Assembly (NCBI GenBank): GCA_013239625.1
Contig: MU054220.1
Location: 7,599,367-7,663,366, forward strand
Length of the DNA stretch: 64,000 nt
Source of the DNA: Lama guanicoe
Lineage: Eukaryota
Direction of reading: 5' to 3'
The notes below the pieces were generated by a model. It saw nothing but the letters and a program-made list of their open reading frames with translations. It did no database searches and had not been told where the DNA came from. This document shows, piece by piece, positions 25,580 to 38,689 of the stretch (the first letter of the stretch is position 1; each line of letters begins with the position of its first letter). A program made the position numbers and the translations under genes.

Positions 25580-26215
25580 TGTGCTTTTTTAAAAGATTTG
25601 ATTGTTTTTTAAAAGAGCAGCTTCAGGTTCACGGCAAAACTGAGGGGAAATTCCAAAGATTTCCTGATTCTCCCTGCCCCTCACATAAGTAGCCTCCCCC
25701 TTCATCAATATCTCTTACCAGAATGGCACATTGGTTTTTTGTTTGTTTGTTTTTCTTTTTATTTGTTTGTTTTGCTTGTTTACAAGGATGAAATGAATGT
25801 ACATTAACAAATTAGAATTTCCCATAGTTCATAATTTTCCTTATGGCTCATTCTGGTGTTGCACATTCTACGGGCTTGACTAAATATCTAACCATTATTG
25901 TAATAATCTACAGAGTATTTTCACTGCTCTGAAAAAATCAATGTTCTGTCTATTCTTCCTACCTCCCCTGCTCCTGATCTTTTCATTGTCTTCATAGTTT
26001 TGCCTTTTTAGAATGTCATAGAGTTGCAATCATACACAAGGTGGCCTTTTCAGGGCTTCTTTCACGTAGTAATATGCATTTAAAGTCCCTCTGAGTCTCT
26101 TAATGGCTTGATAGCTCTGTGTTTTGTTTGTTTGTTTGTTTGTTTGCTTTTTCCAGTGCTGACTACTAGCTCATCTGGTTGTACCGCAGTTTATGTATCC
26201 ATTCATACCTTCCAC
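25580..26215 (-). mobile_element. LINE-1 (L1MC-like) 3' end
   Basis: agagcagcttcaggttcacggcaaaactgag..ttttgccttttagaatgtcatagagttgcaatcatac. Confidence 0.8.
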
Positions 26216-26819
26216 ACACGGAGCTTTTCAACACCCCCTTACAATCCCCGAATTGCCAACATTCAAGAAAGCAAAGAGTTTTGACTGCATGCTATTACTT
26301 TTCAGTAGAAGATTTAATATCTGCAATTCTCTCTTTTTCTGCCTGAGAAAAGTTTGGCTAGGGATACAACTGTAGGACAAATAGTGTGATAATATTATGT
26401 TGACACACAATATTTGGAGGCCAATGAAGGCTTGCTTAGTTTGAATATCTTTGTATAGCCCAGCTGCTGGCTGTTTCTGGAAAGGGAACTTTCCCAGTAA
26501 CAGGCCTCCTTTAAGAGCTGAGCCTCAGAGACAAGCTGAATCAAGAGATGTGACATTAAAGATTGTGTACACACAATATAGGACACGATGCAGAACAAAG
26601 GAATGGGAGCAGAATGTGGAATTGTTGAGTGACCTGCAAACTCAGCCCGCATATAAATACTGCAAGTGTTCCCTTTCTAGCTATTTTTAGGATGTAGTTG
26701 AGAATGAAAGTTACGTATATGTTACTTTACATTTCCTGCAAAGTGCATTTACCCACCACAAAGCGAACTCAGTCGACTTAAGGGATAGTTTCTCTAGACC
26801 GTGGAAAACTGTGATGAGC

Positions 26820-27080
26820 CTGCTTGACGTGGTGACTGAACTGAAGGGCTTTGGAGTCAGTCAGAATCGGGTTTCAATCTCAGCTTTGCTGTTTTCTCAC
26901 TCAGTGCCCTTTCGCCAGTTAATTATGTTCTCCTTTCTCAGTTTGCTCATTTGTAAAATGGTAAGCACCGTGGTGTTGACCTCTCACAAGACTGCTGTGA
27001 GAATTACATGAGTTAAGGGCTTAGAATAAAGCCTTATATCTGAGAAGGACTTGATAAGTCTTGATCATTTGTTATTGCTC
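26820..27080 (+). mobile_element. MIR SINE
   Basis: ggctttggagtcag..gggtttcaatctcagc..ctcagtttgctcatttgtaaaatgg. Confidence 0.85.
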
Positions 27081-28326
27081 GCAACCACGGATGGCTTACT
27101 CCATTCTTCGATGAGGTATAAGATTTCATCCTTACAAGAAGGAATTGCTCTTAATCAGCCTCCAAGTTTGCACTGGACCCCCTAGTATGTGCAAAGGTTT
27201 GGAAATAGCTAGTAATTATCCTGTAGGGCAGTGTCAGATAAATGGTCAGCTTCTCTCTTTTTAAAACCACCCAGACTGTTGTCTGCTAACTTCACAATCT
27301 ATAAGCTATGTGTTAGCCAGGTCCTGTCTCCTAGTAAGCCCAATGTTCCCTGCAGATACATGTGACGTTAAAGCTGACATAGCAAGAAACAGACACTACT
27401 AGTTCTGCCAGTATGTGCTATGATATTAATTTCTTTTCTGCACCTTTTTCTGCCTTTTCCAGGGCCACTGTCCCTATCAACTGATCATCTTGGCCTTTTG
27501 TAAAACCTGCCCTTCTCCTCACTTCATTCCTTAATATAATCTTCTTTCTCTGGTGTCTGAAACACAGTCTGAAACTGAAATCCAGTAAATGTGGATTGAA
27601 TTAAATTGAATCAGAAGTCTTTATTTCATAGGTTTATATATACTTAAATTATAGTCTCCATTTGAAAATATTTAGGGTAATTTTTTGTTAATGAACAAGT
27701 AGGAAATTTTTACTCCCCTGGTGTCTTTAGATGCCAAAACAAATAATAAATAAGTAAAAGGTTGAGAGAAAGAGAGAAACGGACAATGCAAGGGAAATGC
27801 CATAGCCTTAAGCCGGTAACCTTGAAGGACACCTGCCAAATACTGTAATGCCTGTGACAAGGGAGCATGCTGAGAGCTTGCACACGGCACCTCAGATGGC
27901 CGGCAACATACAGATTCCTGCAAAGTGTCACTGTCCTGAAAGGCATGTTCAGTGATGCTTTCATTAGGAGCAGGGAATCTAATGCTGTGGAGAAGCCACT
28001 ATGAAGGTGGGGAATGTCCCTATAGAGACACAGTTCAATACCACAGAATGTCAAATGAAAGGTGAGATGACAGAGAAAACATGCAAACATGATCTTTCTA
28101 TTGTCTATGGCCAAACGTTCTAGCTGAGAGGTACAAGAGGAGTTAAAGTAAGGTGGTGAAGGATGAGGGGGCTATAAGCATTGCACTGAAATCCATAGAT
28201 TCTGAAACATGAAAGGCTTTCTATAATGGCACTGAACTCTTGAACAGGGGACATCTGCTGTCTTCCCCAGGGTGAAGGAAGTAACATATTGGATGAGACA
28301 ACAAATTCCAAGTAACAATTTCTCAC

Positions 28327-28447
28327 TCAGGCTTGCCGCTCCCTGTGTTACTCCTTAGAAGGCAGCTGGTCCTTTGCAAGAGTATGAACAAATACGTAAG
28401 GAACCAGCATGAGCCCCATGAATAAAACCAAATCTGCATGATAAAAT
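28327..28447 (-). other. Candidate internal exon (121 nt)
   Basis: Strong acceptor cttattttttttccag|; weaker donor TGA|GTGAGA; only one frame is open. Confidence 0.25.
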
Positions 28448-31400
28448 CTGGAAAAAAAATAAGCATTTTTAACTGAGAAAAAGTACAAGCAAAAAATGAG
28501 TGAAAAACACCTATCCCATAATATTATTCATAGTCCCCAAAATTATAGACAATGTGTGCTATGGTCAAGAAGAGCTAAGCAATTATAATAGGTTCTAAAA
28601 GAGAAGAGAAGACAGTGAAAGGAGATGCAGAGAGAAGCCGCAAAACTCAGGTAGCAATTGAACATGTAAAAATATGTATATGATACATACAACCCAAAGA
28701 CAACAGGCTACGTAAAAGTGAAATGAATAGTGACGTACAAGTGATACCATGAGGAGGATGCTACTTGGGGAAGAAGGAGATTTCCCATCCACATAACCAT
28801 TGTTACTAAGAAAGAGAATATAATAAATAAAGGCGAAAGAGAAAAACTGTTAAACATAAAATAAAGCTCTTCTAACATAAAGATCTCTATATTAAGTTAA
28901 AAATGGCAATTGTGCTCTAGGAGAAATTGGTAGAAGCAATCGCATTAAGATATATCTTACAAAATTAATAAAATTTGAAGGAAAAATATCATTTAAATAT
29001 GCCTGGAAAAAAAATACTTTTGTAAGTTATTTTGGATTGTTGGCATGGATTCAGGTGTTCCTCATGTTTCTCTGAAGCCAGAACATAAAATAATAGATGG
29101 AATTTGAAAGGAGAGAGAGTGTGATTCAAGGGTTTTAAATGCAGCCCATTTGGCCTTAAACTTGAAGGGCAATAAAAAAATACTTTCAAGTTTGTGAGAT
29201 CTTGGGGACTCACACACCCATATGTTTGTCTTCTGAAAAACTACCTGGTGATAAAATGTAGCCAAGGCTGAAAATATATTAAAAATAATGAGATTAGAAA
29301 ATGGGAATTGTGGTGAAGAGCCAGAGAAACACACTGAAGTGATTTATATACCAAATTTAACAACTTTTCGAACCATGTTTGTGTAATAAACTGTGATAAT
29401 GATATAGTCAATACAAAATGACATAATAAAATGTAACAGATCAATAGGAGGAATATGGATGTCATCTTTCAATAGTACAGAGTCAACAGACACTATCAAG
29501 TTATACTATAAGGTGTCCAGTCTCGTAAAGAAGTCAAGATATTTTTCCTTATCTTTGGCGGAATCATCTAAAAAAATGATATGCCTTCTTTTGAAGAAAG
29601 ACTTTTCTGGAGCTCAGTAGGATATACATATCTTCTGTTCCATTTGGTTTCTTTGCATTTGGTTAAACTTAAGTAAAACTAAGCCGCAAATACTACTTAA
29701 AATATTTATTTTTTTATTTATATCTACATCTTTATTTATATGTATCTTTGTACCTTTTTGTGTGTGTATATAGCCATTGTTCAAATGTCCGCAATGGTTA
29801 TTAATGGTGGGATTTCGTAAATTTTCATTTTTATGTTTGTATGCACGACTTGATTTTTTTTTAAATGGGTATACAAAATTCATTACTCCCTAAAAATTAT
29901 TAAAAAAAATAACATTTATCTCAAAACAAATCCATTTTTAAGGATGTCTTCAGAAACCAGAGAAGACATTCCAGTCAAGGGTCCAAGCTTAATTTCATTT
30001 GTAAGCATAAGCTGACCACAGCTCTTCAGAAACCCTCATCCTGATGTGAAGTGTGTGTGTGTGTGTGTGTATTTAAGTTGTGGAAAGATTGTTTCAGATT
30101 CTGGTGGACAAAATTACATCAGTATCAAGGTTTCCTTCGTGAGCAGTTGATAAAACCAACAGATTTCTCAAGCCTGTCAGTGTGAGAAAAGGAACGAAGG
30201 GTGTTACCAGGAAGGTCTTCTTTGAGACTCCAGGTAGCAGTCAGGGGACACACCATGGAGTCAAGAAGACATGAGAACCTGAAGCCAATGCATTTGACGT
30301 TCTCATGATAAGAGTCTCAGGGGAGAACAGACATGGAAACGAGAGAAAGGCTCATTTGTGACACAGTCATGCCTGCTGCCATGGTTTTTCAGCAGAGGCC
30401 ACAAAAGGCCTAGTGTATGAATCAGGTCTAGCCAAGGCCCCAGGGAATAAGTAAGAGGCATCAGACCTCCCTGTTTGGAGCCTGATAGCTTTTCCTTCCT
30501 CAGTAACCTCTCATGGTAAACACAAAACTAGGATCTGTTCTTTTCCTTTCCCCTTCACTATTATTCTGAGGGCCCAGGATAACTGCCCAGATATAACAGC
30601 CAAGGGCAAATCCATGAGCCAAGCTTTTTGAAATTACTTTTGTTTCCATCAGCTGACCTGTGGATTTAAAAGGTGTGACACCGCCCCTTGTTTAGCCTTG
30701 GAAGGATCTGATCACTAGGCAGAAAGTAAATGCACCACAGAAAGCAAAGAGAGAGACTTGCATCCCAATTTTGTGCTTCAACATATGACAAAGGAAACAC
30801 CACTTTTGTTAATGGGGACAGCTAATGACTTTTTCATCAAACGAGGATAATAAAGTAAGTGTGTTGTGCCTTCCCACCCTTAATTTGCTGAAATTTATTT
30901 AGCTTGTGATCAAATATTTTTGAGGTACCTAAGGAAGGCTTCCCACAGCTTTGGGGGAATACTCTCACAATGGGCTTGTGGCAACCGTGGGTCTAACGCT
31001 ACAACTTATACTTTGCAACCCTTTTAAACTCCCTTCATAGATAATTTAAATTATGCTGTCCAAAGAAGCAATACTTCATTTGCTGAGTTTTGCTCTTAGC
31101 TTTTCCTTTAGCACACAAAAGACAAAGCAATTTGTTCTACCCTGTTGCAGATTTCAGAAGCTGTGTTTTAGACTTGGAAAGCTTAGGGAAACTCTTGAGT
31201 TCCTACAAACACTTCTGCTCTTGGTATATTTTAATTACATGCTTGGGCCCTGAAGGTACGTGAGCACGTGACCCTTGGCTTCATTCTCTTGGTGGATTTT
31301 CCCCATGCAGTTCAGCCTCCTCTGGAGATTTGACTCAGATAAGCACGCTCTGAAACCGTAACGCCAAGATACAAGATGTCAGTGACCATCTCTATATATG

Positions 31401-31544
31401 GCTTATATAACTTAGGACCCAGCATAGTGACAGATTTAGAAAGTGATTAATAAATAGGGTGTATTTTGTTTTCAATTTTTAAGGAGGAGTAAAAAAAAAG
31501 AAGAAAATCATAGAACTGATGAGGAAGCCAACTATGATATGCTG

Positions 31545-32115
31545 CTTTATGTAGTTTTGTATTGTGTCTATTTAGCTAAGCTGGAAATGTTTTCCCAAAT
31601 CACCTTTTCTGAATGATTTCAGGTAGAGTCGTCCAGATGAGAAATTGTTGGGAGATTTGTCCAAAGTGGGAGAGAAGCAGTGCCCTCAGATGTATCAGAG
31701 GCATTACAAGGAAAGGGAGACTGACGAAAAGGGCTGGCTAGTCCCCCTTTATCCTCAGCCCCCTTTACTCTGTGTCCAGCTCTCCTTTCTGACCAGGGCT
31801 CTGCTGGACAACAGCAACCCCAGGTCCTCTGCCAGACAAAAGAGGTAACATCTCTCTGCGGACATCTCCACCAGCTCTCCTTTGAGATCCACCATGGCAG
31901 CTCACTCTGGGTGGCTGCCGACGTGCCCTTGTCCACTCTCACCAGGGCCCAAGGAAGGCTTTTTCGACTTTTCTCCGATCCTCCAGCTTCCCCTTCCTGA
32001 CCCCTATCACTGTAGTTCCTTCAGTAATAACAGAACCTCTTTGTCCTACAGTAAATCCCTCATTCCACACTCATTTCAGTAGTTCTCTTCCTTTGGTTGA
32101 ACCCTGATGGATACA
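31545..32115 (+). mobile_element. ERVL solo LTR (LTR41-like)
   Basis: gtagttttgtattgtgtctatttagctaagctggaa ... gttgaaccctgatggataca. Confidence 0.75.
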
Positions 32116-32553
32116 GGTACGTTAATAATACAAATTCTGGAATGAGTAAAACGTTCTAAGAGCAAAAGTATAATTTTCTATCCTGTAGAATCCTAATTCT
32201 CTCTCTCTCTCTGTCTTTCTCTCTCTCACACACACACAGGTTTTTGAATATACCTGGGTCAGGCTTTTCCAGCAAGATTCAATAAAACCTTGTTTCTTTT
32301 CACAGTCTTGACAAAGTGGTCATTTAATTTGCACAGAAAAAAAAACAAACAAAATCATTCTTATCTACATAACTTACAATCTGTTCCTAGCCAGGCACTG
32401 TTTTTCATTCACAATATTGGTCAAAATAGCAATCAAGGAACAAATGAATGGTTTGCTTCTGTGCAAACATTCTGAGTTCTGGGTCTGCCACAGAAATTAC
32501 TTCCGTATTCTTCTCTGACAAAAACACTAAGCGACACGTGAAAAAATACATAC

Positions 32554-32602
32554 CCAACAGTAGCGTGGCTTGGACTGTGACCAAAACATGTTCGTTTCTC
32601 AT
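32554..32602 (-). other. Candidate exon segment from an ATG (MRNEHVLVTVQATLLL) to a donor
   Basis: ATG at 32602 with A at -3; donor TGG|GTATGT at 32554/32553. The 5' boundary is unknown. Confidence 0.25.
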
Positions 32603-33977
32603 AGTAAGCCACTGAATGGCTTTAATCTGAATTTTGCCGATCAGTTGAGGAGGTATCTGGGATCCTCATTTCAATGTCTGGGCTGCTTTTACAATAAATG
32701 ATTTTATAAGTATCTCATTAGTGCTGTCAGGAAATATTTTATTGGCCTTAAACATGTCATGTGCTCTAGTTTTATTACAGTATTAGGTGCAATATCATTT
32801 TTATCCTTCAGAAGACTTTCATGGTATGTGAAATCTCTGTCATCACATATCTGCCATTACCATTCTAATCAAAGAAAGATCCCTTTTCTTCCTCTTTCTC
32901 TTTTTTCTAAATTCATTTTTATCTACTTTCCCAAGTTCTTGCCTCCCTCCATACTTCTATTTGGTTATTTTATTTTTAAGGTTTTGTTGTTGTTTCTTGA
33001 TGTTTTCTCTAGTTGAAAGTCACAAAACATCTTTCACATCCTTTTCGTCATTTCTTGTCCTCATAAATCTGCGTCTGTACCGTAATGATTTTGTGAATTA
33101 CAATGCTGAAGATGCTTCCAGCATTCTTCGAATGACTACATTATGGTTCCAAATAAAGGAAGAAAATATTTTATTCACTTTTTATTGTCCTAATTAATAA
33201 TATCTCACCTTATCTGGGTACCTTTGACCAGTGCAATTCCATTCATGGAAAAAAGAAATTAATAATAGAAATTATTTGTACCAATAGTATCATTTTATCT
33301 ATATATGTGACTTAGGGAGTTTATTATTCAGATATTCATAGATATCTATGTGCTTTGACAAAGTGAATTATGCATTTTAAATATTTTTAATAAAATATAC
33401 TTCACTTATTAAATGCATCTGGGTAATAGTCTAATTTATTAGAAATATATTGGCCCCTTTATGAGGATATAATGTTTTATCAGATATAGTAAATAGTATG
33501 AAAATGAGTATATATACTTATCAGAAAGGAATGAGGTTCAAGAAGGTTTTTTTTAGAACTTATATAATATATTGCCCTCTTTTCTATGATTCCCTGAAAG
33601 TGATTCCAATGCTGTTAATCCTTTTGGTGCTGCTCTCTATAGACAGGACAATAAATATCCTTTATTGTGAAAGATTTATTTTCTGCACCAACATAATCGA
33701 GTCAATCGATAAAGTATGTTTCCCTAGGCACTCTGCTGTGCCCAACACACTTCATCAACAAGTGTGCATTCAGGAAACACCTAGATCCCCCTGTGGCAGA
33801 CATGGCACTTTACAGATGTAAAATATAGTGGTAACAACTATAATAATAGACAAGTGCAGATAGTTTGAAAATTAAGTAGCTCAGTCATTTCTTTCCTATA
33901 CAAAGTTACTTGGACATTTAAAATCTGGAGTCTAAGTTTCCCAAACCTAAAATGGTAGATACTATAAGGAATTTTTA

Positions 33978-35850
33978 GCAGTGGCATCAGCAACATGATG
34001 GTATAGGAGTTTCCAGCACTCCTCCTCTCTCAATTTGAACAGCCATCCACACATGAAAATACCTTGACAAGAGCCAAGGATTCAGGTGAGAGGTTATTCC
34101 ACATGGGCGGAGCACAGAAACAAGAAGAAACACACTGCAGAGAAACACATTGACACCACCCGCGTCACCCCTGCCCCAGGCCTGGGCAGCCCCGCCTGGA
34201 CAGAGAGAGACCCTTCCCACGGGGGATGGAGACAGCAATGAGCACTGGCAGCACCAGGCCCTCACTGGTGCCACGCCAGCCACTGGGGCCCCACAGACTC
34301 AGCCTCTAGGCCTACTCTTGTGTCCTCAGGCTCCCAGCAGACCCCGGCATCAGGCCTATTCCCATAAACCCATGCTTCTGCAGACACAGCCTATTCCCAT
34401 CAACCCAGCTCCCTTGAGCCCTAGCTCCCAATTCCACTCCCTGTCCACCCAGTGCCCAGCCTGCTTCCATGAGTCCAGCCTTCAGGCCACCACCTGCAGC
34501 TCTAGGCTCAGGGTCCACCCCAATGCCAGACTGACCCTTGTGGACACAACTTCAAAACAGGCTCTGGTGGATCCAGGCTCCACACTCTCCTCAGCTTCCA
34601 AGAGGGCTACCACAGCTACAGGCTTCTAGGCCACTCCAGTGCCAGGCTGGCCCCCCAAGACACAGCATCTAGGCCAAACCGATAAGTTCATAGGAACACA
34701 CAACCTACCAAGACTGAGTCATGAGCAGATAGAAAATCTGAACAGGCCAGTAACAAGGAGATTGAATCACTAATCAAAAACCTCCCACCAAAGAAGAGCC
34801 CAGGACCTGACAGATTCACTGGGGAATTCCACTACAACTTTTAAAAAGGATCAGTGCTGATCTTCAAATTCTCCCTCAAAATTGAAAAAATAAGAACACT
34901 TCCAAATTCATTTTATAAAACTAGTATTATTACCTTTATACCAAATCCAGATAAGGGCACTACAAGAAAAGAAAATTACAGACCAATATCCCTGATGAAC
35001 ATCGATACAAAAATTCTCAACAAAATACCAGCAAACCAAATTCAACAACACATTAAAAGGATTGTATACCATGGTGAAGAGGGATTTATCCCTGGGATGC
35101 AAAGATGGTCCAATGTTTGCAAATCAATACACATAATACACCACGTTAAGAGAATGGAGGATGAAAATTATATGTAGATGCAGGGAAAGCATTTGACAAA
35201 ATTCAAAATTCTTTTGTGATAAAAATTCTCAACAAATTAGGTATAGAGGGAACACATCACAACATAATAAATGCCATATATGACAAACCCACAGCTAACA
35301 TCATACTCAATTACAAAAAGCTGAAAACGTTTCCTCTAAGATCAAGTACAAGACAAAGATGCCCCCTTTTGCCACTTCAGTTCAATGGACTGGAAGCCCT
35401 AGCCAGAAAATGAGGCAAGAAAAAAAGAATTAAAGGCATCCAAATTGGAAAGGAAGAAAAAAATGGTCTCTTTTTGCAGATGACATGATCTTATATATAG
35501 GAAACCCTAAAGACTCCACCCAAACTGTTAAAACTAATAAACGAATTCAGTAAACTTGAAGATACAAAATTATACACAAAAATCAGTTGTATTTCTATAT
35601 ACTAACTATGAGCTATCTGAAAAAGAAATAAAGAAAGTCATTCCGTTAATAATAGCATTAAAAAATACTTAGGAATAAATTTAACCAAGAAGTTGAAAGA
35701 TCTATATGCTAAAAACTAATAAACATTAGTGAAAGAAATTGAAAAAGACACTAATAAATGGAAAGATATCCTGTGCTCATGGATTAAAAAGTTTAATATT
35801 ATTAAAATATTCGTATAATCCAAAGCAATCTACAGATTCAGTTCAATCAA
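33978..35850 (+). mobile_element. Degenerate LINE-1: GC-rich 5'UTR (33978-34680) joined directly to the ORF2 Z/RT region (34681-35850)
   Basis: The 5' end resembles L1M-type termini (catcagcaacatgatgg.ataggag). ORF 34854..35177 contains [27 protein letters not shown]; tttgcagatgacatgatc encodes the FADD RT motif; frameshifted. Confidence 0.9.
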
Positions 35851-35934
35851 AAAAGATGAAACAAAAATACTTTTCAAATATGGAGTTCTCCACAGCAAAT
35901 TAAGATTGATAATAACAAACATTTAATTTCTTAG

Positions 35935-36062
35935 GATAACATATAATGGAAAAGAATCTGAAAAGAAAAAAAATATATCGATATATGTATATGAATAACC
36001 CAATCACTTTGCTGTACACCTGAAACTAAATTGTACATCAACTACACTTCCAATAAAGGTTT
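35935..36062 (+). mobile_element. Short LINE-1 3' tail (cetartiodactyl-type)
   Basis: ataatggaaaagaatctgaaaa..aatcactttgctgtacacctgaaactaa..aactacacttccaataaa. Confidence 0.75.
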
Positions 36063-37053
36063 TTAAATAGTAAACACTCTGTAGCTAATGTCCTTTTTCC
36101 AACAATGAAACATTTGCTTTATCTTCAGATTTATTGTCTTTAGGCCTTTACAGGAACTGAGGTATAGGATTAGGTAATAATCACAATACACCATCAACAC
36201 AGCATAAGAAAAAGTGATGCAAATTCCTGAGCTACGCCACAGTATTTAGCTTTTCTTATATCAACTTTACTAAATACAGCTGTTTTTTTATAATAGTCAT
36301 TGTCTCTTTCTCAGTCCTTTTACATTGGTAAGTGTGTAATTAGATAAATGAAGCCAAATGTTTTGTCTTTGTGCTTATGCACTAAAATATTTTCCCAATG
36401 CCAATCGATATAAAAGATCATGAGTCTGCCTTTCATCGTCACTAATCTAAGTTTGCCTACGATAATTTTGTCACCATGTAAACTGAATTCACATTGAAAT
36501 TCAAATCCTGCCTTAAGATTTCTTAAAATTTCAAATTATAAAGAATTTGTTCAATATAACTTACTGATAAAAATGAAAAATTGGATGAAAGTGCAAAAGT
36601 TAAATTATTCAGGCATATTATGTATTACCATAAAGCCAGTATAATAATGTTTTGTAAAAATATATTTACTGGTATGAAAGAATAGTCCTGATGTATTGAG
36701 AATTGCACAGAAGAATACAACGTTAGATTTTGCTTATATAGAAGGAAAACTTAGATCTCTCCAATGTTTATCTTTAAGTGGTGGGATTACGGTCGGGCTT
36801 CATTACCTTTTTTATGCTTACCGAAGGGATGACATACATTTTCTAAAATAAATATCTATCATTTTTATATTAAATAGGAAGTATTTTTATCATTTGGATG
36901 CATGACTTACTTTTTAATAACTCAGAATTGAAGCTAGAAAGAATGAATATAATTAATGCAGGAGAATGGTATTCTGCTCGGTCAGACCCTCTAGTTTATT
37001 TTCCCTTATTTGGGTCTGCCACGTTTCAAGAAATGATTCTTGTGGGTGGTTGA

Positions 37054-37197
37054 TTATATATATATATACATACATACACATACATACATACACAAACACA
37101 CACATACATATATATGTATGTATGTGTATGTATATATGTATGTGTATATGTATATATACATGGGTATATGTATACATATACAAATACATATATATAC
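37054..37197. repeat. Compound TA/CA/TG microsatellite
   Basis: Directly visible. Confidence 0.9.
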
Positions 37198-37560
37198 TAG
37201 TTTCCTATTACTGATGTAACAAACAACCACAATGTTGGCACCTTAAAATAGCAGCCATTTGTTAGCTTACTGCTTCCTTATGGAAGAAGTTCAGCTGGGC
37301 AAAACTCCGTTCTCTGTATAGAGTCTCACAAGGTCAAAATCAAGGTGCTGAACAAGCCTGGGCTCTAACCTGGAGGCTCCAGGGGCCATTCTATTTCTAG
37401 GCTCATTCTGGGCTTTGGCAGAGTTCATTCCCTTCTCACTCTCTCCATGTGGCCCCCTCTACCGTTAAGCGAGCTAAGGCCCTGCTTGAGAACGTGGAGG
37501 ATAAACATGCAGGGCTGAGCCCCTTTCTGGCTCTCTCCTTCAGAGCTAGCCCGCTGTAGA
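37195..37560 (-). mobile_element. MaLR LTR (MLT1E-like)
   Basis: tagtttcctattactgatgtaacaaac..gtctcacaaggtcaaaatcaaggtg. Confidence 0.75.
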
Positions 37561-38169
37561 TGGAGTGCATTCCGGACACTCTGTACCATGTGGTCAAAGA
37601 CCTGGGAGTGCAGGAAGCCCCACCCATGGTTGCTCCATTGAGCCAGCAATGCTGTGGAGGAATCTGCCAAATTCAGGCTGAAGCAAGCCAATGGACCTGC
37701 AGATGTAAAACTACATACTTTAAAAAGCGTCTTAGGTAATTGAATGACACTTTGATTCCTGTCTCCCAACTGTTTAACACGTTTGACTCTAACTTGTTGC
37801 TAAACTCAGTACACATTCAATACTTTCAAACTTTGCAAGCCCCGAAACTCTATGGTTCAACCCACGCAGAGTTGATTAAACTCTGGGGTTTTGATTCTTG
37901 TAGCCAAAATCAAGTAACAGTGATAAAATAAACAACTGCCAATTCTGGATTTATGTTGCTAGGTGGTTTTCTCATGGACAGGAATGCATGTCTCCGATTA
38001 TCTAATGTACCATATTCTCTGGGATAAGGGTACGTGAACATGCAAATCATTAGGTAGGAAGTTGATTGATAAGTCCAGATTTTAAACAAAGCAAACAAGC
38101 CAATCTTGACAGATGTTCCATCTAGGTCATGGGAAACTCTGATGAGGTGTTTTATTTTTATATTTTAGA

Positions 38170-38360
38170 ATAAGAGAATTTGTGTTTGAGAACTGGCCCT
38201 TTGCCATTTACAGTATAACCTTGGGTGAGTTTAACTTTTCTAAACCTCAGTGAAGTCATCTCTAAAAATGAATAATGCTGCCTACCTTATAAATTTGTTA
38301 AAGAAATTAAATGAGATGATGCATGTCATAGCATTTAATCCAGTGCTTGCTAAATAATAT
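38170..38360 (+). mobile_element. MIR SINE
   Basis: taaccttgggtgagtttaacttttctaaacctcagt..aaattaaatgagatgatgcatg. Confidence 0.8.
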
Positions 38361-38689
38361 TTGTGTGTATACATATATACACATATACATACATATGTAC
38401 ATAGGCATATATATGTACACACAATATATACTGAAAACATATAGAGCATATAGACTATATCATTAAGTATTATACTTCAATTCTTGTTCTATATTATCTT
38501 TTTTGGTCTCTGATAAATGGTCTCTTTGCACTAGTGCAGGTCTTAATTTATTTTTCAGGTCTATTAGTGTAATTTATTTTGTTATAGCTCTTTTTCATCA
38601 TCACGTTTCAGTCACATGATTATAATTTGGCTATCTGGTTTGGACTTGGATGATTTGCTTCCCTCTTTTAAAAGATCCATTTCCTCTCT

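Noticed and set aside
26484..26495. kB-like GGGAACTTTCCC, repeated at 53283-53294
   Set aside because: Does not fit the 10-bp kB consensus spacing, and one copy is inside an LTR.
27710..28114. 134-aa minus-strand ORF
   Set aside because: Non-ATG start, no homology recognised, and no convincing donor site.
30270..30307. 9-bp inverted repeat CATGAGAAC/GTTCTCATG
   Set aside because: An isolated 9-bp stem with a 20-nt loop is expected several times by chance in 64 kb.
34150..34629. 159-aa Pro/Ala/Ser-rich ORF
   Set aside because: Falls in the GC-rich L1 5'UTR and starts at a TTG; a composition artefact.
34854..35413. Reverse-transcriptase-like ORFs
   Set aside because: Frameshifted L1 ORF2 remnants, not a novel RT system.
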